53,821 nucleotides of DNA from Nemertoderma westbladi (taxonomy: Eukaryota > Animalia > Xenacoelomorpha): contig JAUCBJ010004101.1 in assembly GCA_032718475.1 (NCBI GenBank), forward strand, positions 1 through 53,821, read 5' to 3'. Under the pieces are notes generated by a model. It had not been told where the DNA came from. It worked only from the letters and a program-made list of their open reading frames with translations, and searched no databases. Of this stretch, positions 22,226 through 35,870 are shown one piece after another. The translations under genes were made by a program, and so were the position numbers. Each line of letters begins with the position of its first letter. Position 1 is the first letter of the stretch.

Positions 22226-22765
22226 GGGGTGGATGGACCGTTAACAGTGTTGTAATTATTTTTTTGGAATTATTTGTGGGCGATTTGTGGGAATTATTTA
22301 TTCCGTTAACAGTGTTGGGATTATTTGTGGGCAGTAATTCCGTTAACAGTATTGGAATTATTTGGGGGCGGTTATTCCGTTAACAGTATTACATTTCTGT
22401 TAAATACACAAGTCAATAATTATTAGCTATCGACTCAGTAATTATCCGATCGAAGGAGATTTAAAGTTAAAGATATATTAAAAAATTTTATAAAAATATT
22501 CTAATAAAAATTAAAAAAAATAAAATAAAACCATTCTTACGATACAAACAGTAAATAGAACAACAAACTCGTACGAAATTAAAATTACCGTGGACAGAAT
22601 GAATATTTCATGTGATGGCGCGGAATTGAGTAGTTTTGTACTGTATTAATAATTAAATATAATGCAATGCTACAAACAGCAAATAAATATTTAGATCTGG
22701 TTACATAACTATCCAATAACATGTGGGCTCAATCTATCTTATTAACTCGAGTCGGCTGTTAACAT

Positions 22766-23522
22766 TTACGAGTAGTATGCTTCGCACATGATCGATATAG
22801 CTCTATGAGCTCGACGGGAATAGGCCTTGTAAAAGTGGTCCCCACAGATCTTGGAGAGCCACAGATGGAAATCTTCCAGCTTCTCTCTTAGTAGAATGTA
22901 CTTCGCTAAGACCTGGTAGGCGCGTGTGAATCCATTATTGGCGAGACTACCTCCGAATACTTCTCCTATTCCAGGGATGTACTTTACACTCCGATTTCCC
23001 AACTCTCGAGCCAGAATCCGTCGATGTTTCTTCGTCTTCAGGATCTTCCCTATCTTCTTTCCGTTTCCACTTCTTCTCGCGTTTCCTCGACTTCCCTTAC
23101 CCTGAAAGAATTGTATTGAGCATTTTGTAAAATGATTTTACGATGTTTAATAAGAACCGAGTCACGAAAGTAAACTAAAAAAAGTAAAGTTATCTTTGTA
23201 CATTATTTCAGGGAATACGCACAAAGAATCACTTATTTCCAGTGCGATTCCCCCAGAACTACTGTATTCTGCCTAGAAGAAACTTACTCTTTTAGCGATC
23301 GTTTAAGGATGCAAGGCGCATAGATGAAACCGTGTTAACTTGAACCCACGGTAGCCAGATATGTTAATTATAGGTAATGGGCTAAACGACAAGGATATCA
23401 CAGAGAAATATATCCCAACATAAATTATATTGTATTAAAATAAATAAACAAACCTTCCCTTTCATCCCATTCCCTCTACGACTCCTTGACCTGCTTCTAT
23501 TCCCTTTCTTCTTCGCAGCCAT
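22766..23522 (-). CDS. BAF-like protein with protamine-like tail, complete copy 2 (134 aa)
   Basis: Exon 1 23522-23454 (MAAKKKGNRSRSRSRRGNGMKGK), exon 2 23101-22766. Canonical GT-AG, phase 0, open frame. Confidence 0.85.
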
Positions 23523-24989
23523 TTAGTCCCAACACGGATACAGTACCTGTTATTATTATCTATCCTAATTAATTTAAATTATGTTACAAATTTAATAGAG
23601 CGATTCGTGTATGACAACTTTTTTCAATGTTTGTTATTTATATATGAAGACTAAATTCTAGAATTAGTTAACCCACCGATTAAATTATATTATAGGTGGT
23701 TGATTGGATGTAATAAACTAACGGCGTATTAATTCTGTTAACGGTATTCAGAATCCCCCCCCCCCCCTGGACATTACATTGTACTCATTCTATTGTCTTA
23801 ATTTGGAACAAGTCTCCACCACCCACAACCTACGTAGGTATGGGAGGCCCACTAAATTATTATACTGTACCTACAAATCATAATCGCTTGAAATTTTAAT
23901 CATAAACAGTTGGGTCCTAATATTTATTAGCATGGTAATACTTATTTATATTAGCTTAAACAGGGTGTTATATATCTTTTGGGGCGAGCCCCGAAATATG
24001 CGAAGCCTTAGCATTGGGGTAGGCCTACCACTAATGATTTGTCTGTCGTTATTGTCTGTCGTCGTCGTCTAATATTTGATCGCTAATAACTCGGTTATTC
24101 CATAATAAACTTAAACCAAACTTGGTACGTATGTAGACCGTCAAACGTTTAGAAAGAATCTGAAGTTTAGTCAAAAATCCGACTGTCTGACACTTTGCAT
24201 TCTCGGGCCGAGAATGTCATGTACTTTTGGCGGGAACGGCGACCCACACATACAATGAAAAAAAAAAGAGTTTCGGTATAATTGTTAGTTAAAACTGATT
24301 TTTGAGATATTTCTGACTGTTGTTAGGGGGTAAGTGTGATGAGTATTATTTTTCGCCAACTACTGTAGGTGAAGAAATTTGTTAAAAAGATAAGTTTGTG
24401 TAAGGCCGTGGACAGTTTTGTAAAACGAGATTATACAAAATAATGGCACCCGGTCTTGAGGAGAGGGGCTGTAGGTTGCATTCCTTTTCGGTGCTACAGT
24501 AGCTAGTTTAAGGATATCAGTTCCGAGGTTGCTAAGAGATCAGAGCAACCTATGAGAGATGTCACACCATACAGCGCAGCCGTACTCCAACTTGGTCGTA
24601 CATAAAACTGGTGTATGCCTATATTATAAGCTAAATAAATTTTAATATAATAAGATGAACCAGACTCAACTTCGATTAACGCATACTAGGGGAGTGCCCT
24701 GCCCTGCCCTGAATAATATGTCATTATTATGTTAGTCCTTGGTAAGTACTGTATGTTATTGTGTAGACCTATTATAACTCTCTTATATTAGTTAGCTAGT
24801 GTTTTTTTTCATATTGTTTTACCAGGCAGCTAGTGATTTCTAATAGTACAAATAGCTATCGATTTATATAGGTAATTTAAAAAATATAGGGTTTCAAATA
24901 ATATTGCTGCACAATTTATTAATTAATATGTTTATTGTAAATCGTCTAAATTACTGCCACAGTTGGCCGGTATCGTAAACTGTTCGATA

Positions 24990-25440
24990 TTAAAGCTTTT
25001 TGAAGAACATTTTGTCTGTAAGAACTTTATCTTTCGGCATTTTCTTCCCTTTTCCACGTTTATTCGATCTTCCCCGTCCTTTCTTTCCCTGTAAATATCA
25101 ATTCATATTCTGTTACACTCACTTAATTACGTATATGTACTGTATATAGTAGACCTAAACCCACATTATATCCTATATTATATTTAGTCAAACAAACCTT
25201 CCCTTTCTTTCCCTTTCCTCTACGACTTCTAGATCGGCTTCCTTTACCTCGGCGACTCCTAGACCTGCTCTTCTTTCCCTTCTTACTTCCCTTTCGTTTT
25301 TTACGTCTCCTTTTCTCCATTTCGTTCCGGCTGGTGGAACGATTACCACTCTTTGATAGGCTCCTACTTTTCCTTTCATCTAAGGCCCAACTCGGCAAAC
25401 TATCCAGCCCTAAATCGCTATCTTCCTCTTGAACAGGCAT
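24990..25440 (-). CDS. Protamine-like protein, long form (113 aa)
   Basis: Exon 1 25440-25198; exon 2 25088-24990. Confidence 0.75.
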
Positions 25441-25692
25441 GCTTTTTCAATGTATTTACCAAAAATTATGTACAGTATTTCCTAAAGAAAAAATTATATC
25501 AGAATTTATTTTGTAAATCATTTTTCTCCTAAATGACATAAGTTGATGTGTCGTTCTATTATATATCATAGTTTGAATTCCAGAACTTAGTTTTGATTGG
25601 TTGATTTGAGCAATACTCTTCTGATTATCTGATTGGCTAAAATAAACTTGTATTTGGTAGGCGGTTTTGGTGGGAGGTTTACCCGTTAACGG

Positions 25693-26545
25693 GATTCGGC
25701 ATTACTATGTTATGGGTACCCACTTTTTGACCTTTTATTTGACCATGTTAATGGCTATTAACAGCCACGTCTCTTTCGAGACAACTGACGGAATGGGTGA
25801 AGAGGTTCGGTGTCCCCACGCGTTTCGCTTCTGACGGCGGCCCACAGTTCTCAGGAAAGGATTTCCTAAGCGTCTGGTGAGTCGAGCCTATCACATCCTC
25901 CCCAGTTTACCCACAGAGTAACGGCCTTGCAGAGTCCGCTGTCAAGGCGACTAAGGCGTTACTAACTAAGACAGGGGGGAAACTGGACTCATCGTCATTC
26001 CAGGAGGGACTCCTGGAACTTCGCAACTTCCCCTGCGCCCACGGAAAGTCGCCGGCTGAGATCTTGTTCGGTGACCTGGAACGCACTCGGGTGCCTACAA
26101 ATAGCAGGGCTTTCCTCGCCGACCACCAGACGACCCGCACGGAGCTCGACCAGGCAGTGCCCTCGCTCCTAAAATCCCAGACAGCCACATACAATCGTGG
26201 CGCGCGACCCCTACCCCCCTTAGCGGTAGGGGCACCTGTGCGGGTTCAAAACCCCACATCGAAACGTTGGGACCGCACCGGGGTCATTGTGGAATCAAAT
26301 CCCAACCGGAAGTACAGCGTTCGGACGCCTTCCGGTCGGTGCCTCACCCGCAACCGCCGCCACCTCATCCAGGGCACGGCAACTGGCATCAACGACGGCC
26401 CCAGCGCTGCCACGCCCCGTCCAACGCCACAGAAGGGCATGTTCACTGGGCTGACGAACAAGCCAGTGTGTCTCCCGATCGGCCACGCCGTTCCTACCCA
26501 CGCCGCCGAAGGCAACCGCCCAATAGACTATGATAGTTTGTGTAG
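25693..26545 (+). mobile_element. Integrase fragment (long variant, in-frame stop)
   Basis: Retains the LLELRNFPCAHGKSPAEILFG segment; TGA at ~25878. Confidence 0.85.
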
Positions 26546-27077
26546 GGGTTGATGGACCGTTAACAGTGTTGTAATTATTTTTTTGGAATTATTTGTGGGC
26601 GATTTGTGGGAATTATTTATTCCGTTAACAGTGTTGGGATTATTTGTGGGCAGTAATTCCGTTAACAGTATTGGAATTATTTGGGGGTGGTTATTCCGTT
26701 GACAGTATTACATTTCTGTTAAATACACAAGTCAATAATTATTAGCTAATCGACTCAGTAATTATCCGACCGAAGATTTAAAGTTAAAGATATATTAAAA
26801 AATTTTATAAAAATATTCTAATAAAAATTAAAAAAAATAAATTAAAACCATTCTTACGATACAAACAGTAAATAGAACAACAAACTCGTACGAAATTAAA
26901 ATTACCGTGGACAGAATGAATATTTCATGTGATGGCGCGGAATTGAGTAGTTTTGTATTAATAATTAAATATAATGCAATGCTACAAACAGCAAATAAAT
27001 ATTTAGATCTGGTTACATAACTATCCAATAACATGTGGGCTCAATCTATCTTATTTACTCGAGTCGGCTGTTAACAT

Positions 27078-27413
27078 TTACGAGTAGTATGCGTCGCACA
27101 TGATCGATATAGCTCTATGAGCTCGACGGGAATAGGCCTTGTAAAAGTGGTCCCCACAGATCTTGGAGAGCCACAGATGGAAATCTTCCAGCTTCTCTCT
27201 TAGTAGAATGTACTTCGCTAAGACCTGGTAGGCGCGTGTGAATCCATTATTGGCGAGACTACCTCCGAATACTTCTCCTATTCCAGGGATGTACTTTACA
27301 CTCCGATTTCCCAACTCTCGAGCCAGAATCCGTCGATGTTTCTTCGTCTTCAGGATCTTCCCTATCTTCTTTCCGTTTCCACTTCTTCTCGCGTTCCCTC
27401 GACTTCCCTTACC
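27078..27413 (-). CDS. BAF-like terminal exon, intact, orphan
   Basis: Same 336-nt exon (E->D near the C-terminus); type A spacer upstream. Confidence 0.65.
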   Translation of the reverse strand, partial: GKGSRGNARRSGNGKKIGKILKTKKHRRILARELGNRSVKYIPGIGEVFGGSLANNGFTRAYQVLAKYILLREKLEDFHLWLSKICGDHFYKAYSRRAHRAISIMCDAYYS

Positions 27414-29093
27414 CTGAAAGAATTGTATTGAGCATTTTGTAAAATGATTTTACGATGTTTAATAAGAACCAAGTCACGAAAGTAAACTAAAAAAAGTAAA
27501 GTTATCTTTGTACATTATTTCAGGGAATACGCACAAAGAATCACTTATTTCCAGTGCGATTCCCCCAGAACTACTGTATTCTGCCGAGAAGAAACTTACT
27601 CTTTTAGCGATCTTTTAAGGATGCAAGGCGCATAGATGAAACCGGGTTAACTTGAACCCACGGTAGCCAGATATGTTAATTATAGGTATTGGGCTAAACG
27701 ACAAGGATATCATCGCGGATATCATATCTCGTTCGAACGACTTTGCAGTATATTTTCTGGCGATATATTTATATGTATATGATATATCAGGTATCTGTAT
27801 TTTGTACAGAAAAATTTTCTGTACAAATTAAATTATTGTTATAATTATTATATTATTTATTATTATTTATATATATTTTTATATTTATATTTAATTATTA
27901 TGTTATATTATTTATATTGTAAATTATATTGTACAGAAAATATATTTAATATATTTTCTGTACAATATAATTTGTGGCGATGCGGATCAGTTTTAGAGCT
28001 ATTCTGGTCCTCCTGGATAAAAAATAGGGTAAAAGTAAAAAAAAAATTAAATGGAAAAATGTTGTGTTTATATGGATAATTGTGAAGGTATACGGGTTTT
28101 CGAGGTCGCTGAACATGATGACGCAACTATAAATAGTGCCCCAGGACGAAAAGTACAAGAAGTATCAAAAATTTCAACAGTGAAATTTTACCATTGTTTG
28201 GATAATTCTGACGCTATGTACTGTATGTAGCCTTTCACAGTCGCTGATCACGATACAACTCGTTGGAATATTTGTGGTTACGCAACTATCGTTTTTGGTG
28301 CTTGTCTGGTGGGACGAAAAATACAATAAGACCAGAAAATCAGGTTTATTTGCCAGTAATGATTTAGGTTTACGCGAATTTGATGCCATCATTATTCATT
28401 GTCTAAAGAGACCAACAGTCATAGCCAGCGCGCGAACAAAGCGTCTTATGCTATGACTCTAAGTTAAAGAAATATCAGTCAAATAAGTATGGGAAACTAA
28501 ACCTTACTTTTGATCAAACCTGTTGTCTCCTGAGCTAGAAAATCAGGATATCAATTTATTATATTTGACCGTTTTGCATGCTGTATCTCTCCGTACACAG
28601 TGTATATAATATAGTAGACCTACAATTCATTTATAATTAACATAATAAAAATAAACCCGCCTCTACATCGATTAATTAACTCATACCAGGGGAGTGCAGA
28701 GCCCTGAATATACAGTATCATTATTATTTATTCTATTGGTCATTGATTAACGTACAGTACAGTAGGCACTATTTTATTGTGCATTAGATCTCTTTTAGCA
28801 CTGCTAGTGTTTGGTCATGTAGGGCCTACTTATTGTTTTACCAGGAAGCTTTCGATTTCTAATACAGGTAGTAGCTATAGATTTTATACAAATTCAAAAA
28901 TATAATATAGTTTCAAATAATATTGTTGCAAAATTAATCTGTTTATAATAAATAGTCTAAAATACTGTTCCTGCGCAGTTGACCAATATAGTTAACGCTT
29001 TTACATTATTAATATTATTATATTATATTAAAGCTTTTCGAAGTACATTTTGTCTGTAAGAAATTTATCTTTCGGCAATTTCTTTCCTTTTCA

Positions 29094-29478
29094 TCATTTC
29101 TTCGATCTTCCCCGTCCTTTCTTCCCCTGTAAATATCAATTCATATACTGTTACACTCACTTAATTACGTATATGTACTGTATATAGTAGACCTAAACCC
29201 ACATTATATCCTATGTTATATTTAGTCAAACAAACCTTCCCTTTCTTTCCCTTTCCTCTACGACTTCTAGATCTGCTTCCTTTACCTCGGCGACTCCTAG
29301 ACCTGCTCTTCTTTCCCTTCTTACTTCCCTTTCGTTTTTTACGTCTCCTTTTCTCCATTTCGTTCCTGCTGGTGGAACGATTACCACTCTTTGATAGGCT
29401 CCTACTTTTCCTTTCATCTAAGGCCCAACTCGGCAAACTATCCAGCCCTAAATCGCTACCTTCCTCTTGAACAGGCAT
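29094..29478 (-). CDS. Protamine-like protein, short form (91 aa)
   Basis: Exon 1 29478-29236; exon 2 29126-29094 ending TGA TGA. Confidence 0.75.
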
Positions 29479-29730
29479 GCTTCTTCAATGTATTTACCAA
29501 AAATTATATACAGTATTTCCTAAAGAAAAAATGATATCAGAATCTCTTTTGTAAATCATTTTTCTCCAAATTGACATAAGTTGATGTGTCGTTCTATTAT
29601 ATATCATAGTTTGAATTCCAGAACTTAGTTTTGGTTGGTTGATTTGAGCAATACTGTTCTGATTATCTGATTGGCTAAAATAAAATTGTATTTGGTAGGC
29701 GGTTTTGGTGGTAGGTTTATCCGTTAACGG

Positions 29731-30575
29731 GATTCGGCATTACTATGTTATGGGTACCCACTTTTTCACCTTTTATTTGACCATGTTAATGGCTATTAAC
29801 AGCCACGTCTCTTTCGAGACAACTGACGGAATGGGTGAAGAGGTTCGGTGTCCCCACGCGTTTCGCTTCTGACGGCGGCCCACAGTTCTCAGGAAAGGAT
29901 TTCCTAAGCGTCTGGGGAGTCGAGCCTATCACATCCTCCCCAGTACAGAGTAACGGCCTTGCGGAGTCCGCTGTCAAGGCGACTAAGGCGTTACTAACTA
30001 AGACAGGGGGGAAACTGGACTCATCGTCATTCCAGGAGGGACTCCTGGAACTTCGCAACTTCCCCTGCGCCCACGGAAAGTCGCCGGCTGAGATCCTGTT
30101 CGGTCACCTGGAACGCACTCGGGTGCCTACACATAGCCGGGCTTTCCTCGCCGACCACCAGACGACCCGCACGGAGCTCGACCAGGCAGTGCCCTCGCTC
30201 CTAAAATCACCGACAGCCACATACAATCGTGGCGCGCGACCCCTACCCCCCTTAGCGGTAGGGGCACGTGTGCTGGTTCAAAACCCCACATCGAAACGTT
30301 GGGACCGCACCGGGGTCATTGTGGAATCGAATCCCAACCGGAAGTACAGCGTTCGGACGCCTTCCGGTCGGTGCCTCACCCGCAACCGCCGCCACCTCAT
30401 CCAGGGCACGGCCACTGGCATCAACGACGGCTCCAGCGCCGCCACGCCCCGTCTAACGCCACAGAAGGGCATGTTCACTGGGCTGACGAACAAGCCAGTG
30501 TGTCTCCCGATCGGCACGCCGTTCCTACACACGCCGCCGAAGGCAACCGCCCAATAGACTATGATAGTTTGTGTA
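29731..30575 (+). mobile_element. Integrase fragment (long variant)
   Basis: ORF 29835-30557 with integrase core motifs. Confidence 0.85.
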
Positions 30576-31110
30576 GGGGTGGATGGACCGTTAACAGTGT
30601 TGTAATTATTTTTTTGGAAATATTTGTGGGCGATTTGTGGGAATTATATATTCCGTTAACAGTGTTGGGATTATTTGTGGGCAGTAATTCCGTTAACAGT
30701 ATTGGAATTATTTGGGGGCGGTTATTCCGTTAACAGTATTACATTTCTGTTAAATACACAAGTCAATAATTATTAGCTATCGACTCAGTAATTATCCGAC
30801 CGAAGGAGATTTAAAGTTAAAGATATATTAAAAAATTTTATAAAAATATTCTAATAAAAATTAAAAAAAATAAAATAAAACCATTCTTACGATACAAACA
30901 GTAAATAGAACAACAAACTCGTTCGAAATTAAAATTACCGTGGACAGAATGAATATTTCATGTGATGGCGCGGAATTGAGTAGTTTTGTATTAATAATTA
31001 AATATAATGCAATGCTACAAACAGCAAATAAATATTTAGATCTGGTTACATAACTATCCAATAATATGTGGGCTCAATCTATCTTATTTACTCGAGTCGG
31101 CTGTTAACAT

Positions 31111-31446
31111 TTACGAGTAGTATGCTTCGCACATGATCGATATAGCTCTATGAGCTCGACGGGAATAGGCCTTGTAAAAGTGGTCCCCACAGATCTTGGA
31201 GAGCCACAGATGGAAATCTTCCAGCTTCTCTCTTAGTAGAATGTACTTCGCTAAGACCTGGTAGGCGCGTGTGAATCCATTATTGGCGAGACTACCTCCG
31301 AATACTTCTCCTATTCCAGGGATGTACTTTACACTCCGATTTCCCAACTCTCGAGCCAGAATCCGTCGATGTTTCTTCGTCTTCAGGATCTTCCCTATCT
31401 TCTTTCCGTTTCCACTTCTTCTCGCGTTTCCTCGACTTCCCTTACC
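31111..31446 (-). CDS. BAF-like terminal exon, intact, orphan
   Basis: Same 336-nt exon; upstream type A spacer is cut at ~32640 and the unit has no protamine-like gene. Confidence 0.6.
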   Translation of the reverse strand, partial: GKGSRGNARRSGNGKKIGKILKTKKHRRILARELGNRSVKYIPGIGEVFGGSLANNGFTRAYQVLAKYILLREKLEDFHLWLSKICGDHFYKAYSRRAHRAISIMCEAYYS

Positions 31447-32639
31447 CTGAAAGAATTGTATTGAGCATTTTGTAAAATGATTTTACGATGTTTAATGAGA
31501 ACCGAGTCACGAAAGTAAACTAAAAAAAGTAAAGTTATCTTTGTACATTATTTCAGGGAAAACGCACAAAGAATCACTTATTTCCAGTGCGATTCCCCCA
31601 GAACTACTGTATTCTGCCTAGAAGAAACTTACTCTTTTAGCGATCGTTTAAGGATGCAAGGCGCATAGATGAAACCGGGTTAACTTGAACCCACGGTAGC
31701 CAGATATGTTAATTATAGGTATTGGGGTAAACGACAAGGATATATTTTCTGGCGATATATTATATGTATATGATATATCTGTATTTTGTACAGAAAATTT
31801 TTCTGTACAAATTATATTATTGTTATAATTATTATATTATTTATTATTACATATATATATTTTTATATTTATATTTAATTATTATATTATATTATTTATA
31901 TTGTAAATTATATTGTACAGAAAATATATTTAATATATTTTCTGTAAAATATAATTTGTGGCGATGCGGATCAGTTTTAGAGCTATTCTGGTCCCCCTGG
32001 ATGAAAAGTAGGGTAAAAGTAAAAAAAAATTAAATGAAAAAATGTTGTGTTTGGTTGGATAATTGTGAAGGTATACGGGTTTTCGAGGTCGCTGAACATG
32101 ATGACGCAACTATAAATAGTGCCCCAGGACGAAAAGTACAAGAATAATCAAAAATTTCAACAGTGAAATTTTGCCATTGTTTGGATAATTCTGACGCTAT
32201 GTACTGTATGTAGCCTTTCACAGTCGCTGATGACGATACAACTCGTTAGAATATTTGTGGTTACGCAACTATCGTTTTTGGTGCTTGTCTGGTGGGACGA
32301 AAAATACAATAAGACCAGAAAATCAGGTTTATTTGCCAGAAAAGATTTAGGTTTACGCGAATTTGATGCCATCATTATTCATTGTCTAAAGAGACCAACA
32401 GTCATAGCCAGCGCGCGAACAAAGCGTCTTATGCTATGACTCTAAGTTAAAGAAATATCAGTCAAATAAGTATGGGAAACTAAACATTATTTTTGTTCAA
32501 ACCTGTTCTCTCCTGAGCTAGAAAATCAGGATATCAATTTATTATATTTGACCGTTTTGCATGCTGTATCTCTCCGTACACAGTGTATATAATATAGTTG
32601 ACCTACAATTCAATTATAATTAACATAATAAAAATAAAC

Positions 32640-33710
32640 TAGTAATTAATCTAGTAATTACAGGTTCATCAGAAACGGAAGGTGTAATATTAGTAGTCAT
32701 ATTATTATTATTTACCAAGTTTTGTGATCGATCATCATCATTCGAGTTTAAACCTGAGAGCCCGAACTGATTAGTTTGGCACCTCAACCGTTGGGTTGTG
32801 GATCGCACGTTCCGGGGTGCCCTTCTCCCGTCTCATTTGCTGGCTGATCGAGAGAGCCTTCTTCCGGCTCATTGGCTGGCTGATCGAGTGAGCCTTCTTC
32901 TTCACCCAGCACGTCGAACGCGTTGTGAAGATGCAAACTAGAGACCCGAGAACCCTCTTGAGGTCTACCAGCAGTATCATCAGAACCAGACAGAGGTTGT
33001 GAGTATTTGCCGGGAATTATTATCCATTCGGGATTTGAAGGAGTAGAATTCAGTGATCGTTGAAGCTGAACTGTAATTGGCGTCTGCGCCCCAGCATTTT
33101 CAACCGTCTCAGATTGTATAATACCCTGTTGTTGATATTCTGTGGCATCCATTTCAGCCTCGCAGAATGACTCTTCAATGTGCACGAGCGGATCTAGTTC
33201 TACAGTAGACCTGGTGACCGAAGAAGAGGACACAGTTGTGCTCGTTGGCGCGGGCGTAGTGGGCGCGGGCCTCCCCATAGTGGGCGCGCGCTGCCTCATG
33301 CGTTGAGCGGGCAGAACTGTAGTAGTAGGCGCGGACGGCCCTGAAGTGGGCGCGGGCGGCCCCGTGCGTTGCATGGGCGGCCTTGTAGTTGGCGCAGGCG
33401 GCCCCGTGCGTTGCATGGGCGTCCTTGCAGTAAACGCGGGCGGCCTTGCAGTGAACGCGGGCGGCCCCGTGCGCTGCATGGGCGGCCCCGTGCGTCGCAC
33501 GGGCGGCCCTGTAACTGTGGGCGCGTGCGACCCCGTGCGTTGCGTGGGCGGCCCTGTAGTGTGCGCGGGCGGCACTATGAAACCAAATGAATTACGGTAA
33601 CCTCGTTCATCGATTGTGTAACCTCTCCGATTCCTATTGTACTGATAATCAAATGCTTGATTACTATCATTTAGTGTGTCCCTTCCTTGTTGGAACCTGT
33701 TGTACTCGTT
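32640..33710 (-). mobile_element. Foreign insert with Pro/Thr-rich repeat ORF, probable LINE ORF1 fragment
   Basis: ORF 33575-32784 with GC-rich QRTGPP repeats and LHLHNAFDVL resembling the L-x-N-R-F-x-x-L motif of LINE ORF1; abrupt junctions with array sequence. Confidence 0.45.
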
Positions 33711-34069
33711 TATTAATTGTGCATAATGACTTTTGTTGTCCCTTTAATGACTTTTGTTGTCCTTTTAATGACTTTTTATGTATGTATTTCTTCAAACTGT
33801 CAGACTGCTGATTTCTGGACTGTCAGACAGTTGATTTCAACTGTCTGATGCCAACTGTCTATGCCAAAACATTCAAAATTTGTTGATTTCTGGTCTGTCG
33901 GAAAGTTGGTTTCACTATGCCTGTGCCAAAACATTCCATGATTCCATGATTTATAGACTATGAGATAGATTTCCATATGCGCCTGTGGTAAAAGACTCTA
34001 AATTTAATAGTTTGTGGTTGTTGTCGATAATCGATTACCACATAACGTAGCAAAACACTCATTTTATAG

Positions 34070-35870
34070 CCAAAAACAATTACCAATTGATGGAAAGGAG
34101 CAGGTTAAGGCCGGATTTTCTAACCAAAACAATAAACAGTCACTCTACCAAATGAAGGAAAGGAGCAGGTTACAGAGGTGGGCCTTTCTAACCAAAACAA
34201 TAAACGATCATTTAACTAATTGAGGGAAAGGAGCGGGTTACAGAGGCGGGATTTTCTAACCAAAACAATAAGCAGTCACTTTTCCAAATCAGGGAAAGGA
34301 GCAGGTTACAGAGACGGGATTTTATTAACCAAAACAATAAACGATAACATTACCAATTGAGATAAAGGAGCAGGTTACATAGGCGGGTTTTTCTAACCAA
34401 AGCAATAAACAGTCACTTTACCAAATCAGGGAAAGGAGCAGGTTACAGAGGCGGTATTTTCTAACCAAAACAATAAACGATCACTTAACTAATTGAGGGA
34501 AAGGAGCAGGTTACAGAGGCGGGATTTTCTAACCAAAACCATAAACGATCATTTAACTAATTGAGGGAAGGGGGTAGGTTACAGAGGCGGAATTTTCTAA
34601 CCAAAACAATAAACGATCACTTAACTAATTGAGGGAAAGGAGCAGGTTACAGAGGCGGGATTTTCTAACCAAAACAATAAACGATCACTTAACTAATTGA
34701 GGGAAAGGAGCAGGTTACAGAGGCGGGATTTTCTAACCAAAACAATAAACGATCATTTAACTAATTGAGGGAAAGGGGTAGGTTACAGAGGCGGAATTTT
34801 ATAACCAAAACAATAAACGATCACTTAACTAATTGAGGGAAAGGAGCAGGTTACAGAGGCGGGATTTTCTAACCAAAACAATAAACGATCACTTAACTAA
34901 TTGAGGGAAAGGAGCAGGTTACAGAGGCGGGATTTTCTAACCAAAACAATAAACGATCATTTAACTAATTGAGGGAAAGGGGTAGGTTACAGAGGCGGAA
35001 TTTTATAACCAAAACAATAAACGATCACTTAACTAATTGAGGGAAAGGAGCAGGTTACAGAGGCGGGATTTTCTAACCAAAACAATAAACGATCATTTAA
35101 CTAATTGAGGGAAAGGGGCAGGTTACAGAGGCGGAATTTTCTAACCAAAACAATAAACGATCATTTAACTAATTGAGGGAAAGGGGCAGGTTACAGAGGC
35201 GGGATTTTCTAACCAAAACAATAAACATTCACTTTACTAAATGAAGGAAAGGAGCAGGTTACAGAGGCGGGCCTTTCTAACCAAAACAATAAACGGTCAC
35301 TTTACCAAATCAGGGAAAGGAGCAGGTCACAGAGACGGGACTTTCTAACCAAAACAATAAACGATAATTTAACTAATTGAGGGAAAGAGGCAGGTTACAG
35401 AGGCGGGATTTTCTAACCAAAACAATAAACAGTCATTTTACTAAATGAAGGAAAGGAGCAGGTTACAGAGGCGGGCTTTTCTAACCAAAACAATAAACGG
35501 TAACTTTACCAAATCAGGGAAAGGAGCAGGTTACAGAGGCGGGATTTTCTAACCAAAACAATAAACAGTCACTTTAATAATAATAATAATAATATTGGTT
35601 ATTTATATAGCGCTTTACTATGCTCAGCATACTCAAAGCGCTTTTATTACAGTATTATCATTACCCCAGCAAAGCCAGGTTCCCATAAAGTGTCTTGCCT
35701 AGGGACACAACAATGCGAAATTTCTACAGCCTTTAGTCGACAAACTTGCACTTTACTAAATGAAGGAAAGGAACAGGTTACAGAGGCGGGCCTTTCTAAC
35801 CAAAACAATAAACTTTACCAATTCAGGGAAAGGAGCAGGTTACAGAGGCGGGATTTTCTAACCAAAACAA
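34070..35870. repeat. 68-bp minisatellite array, copy 2
   Basis: Same unit and flanks as copy 1, different variant order and count. Confidence 0.95.
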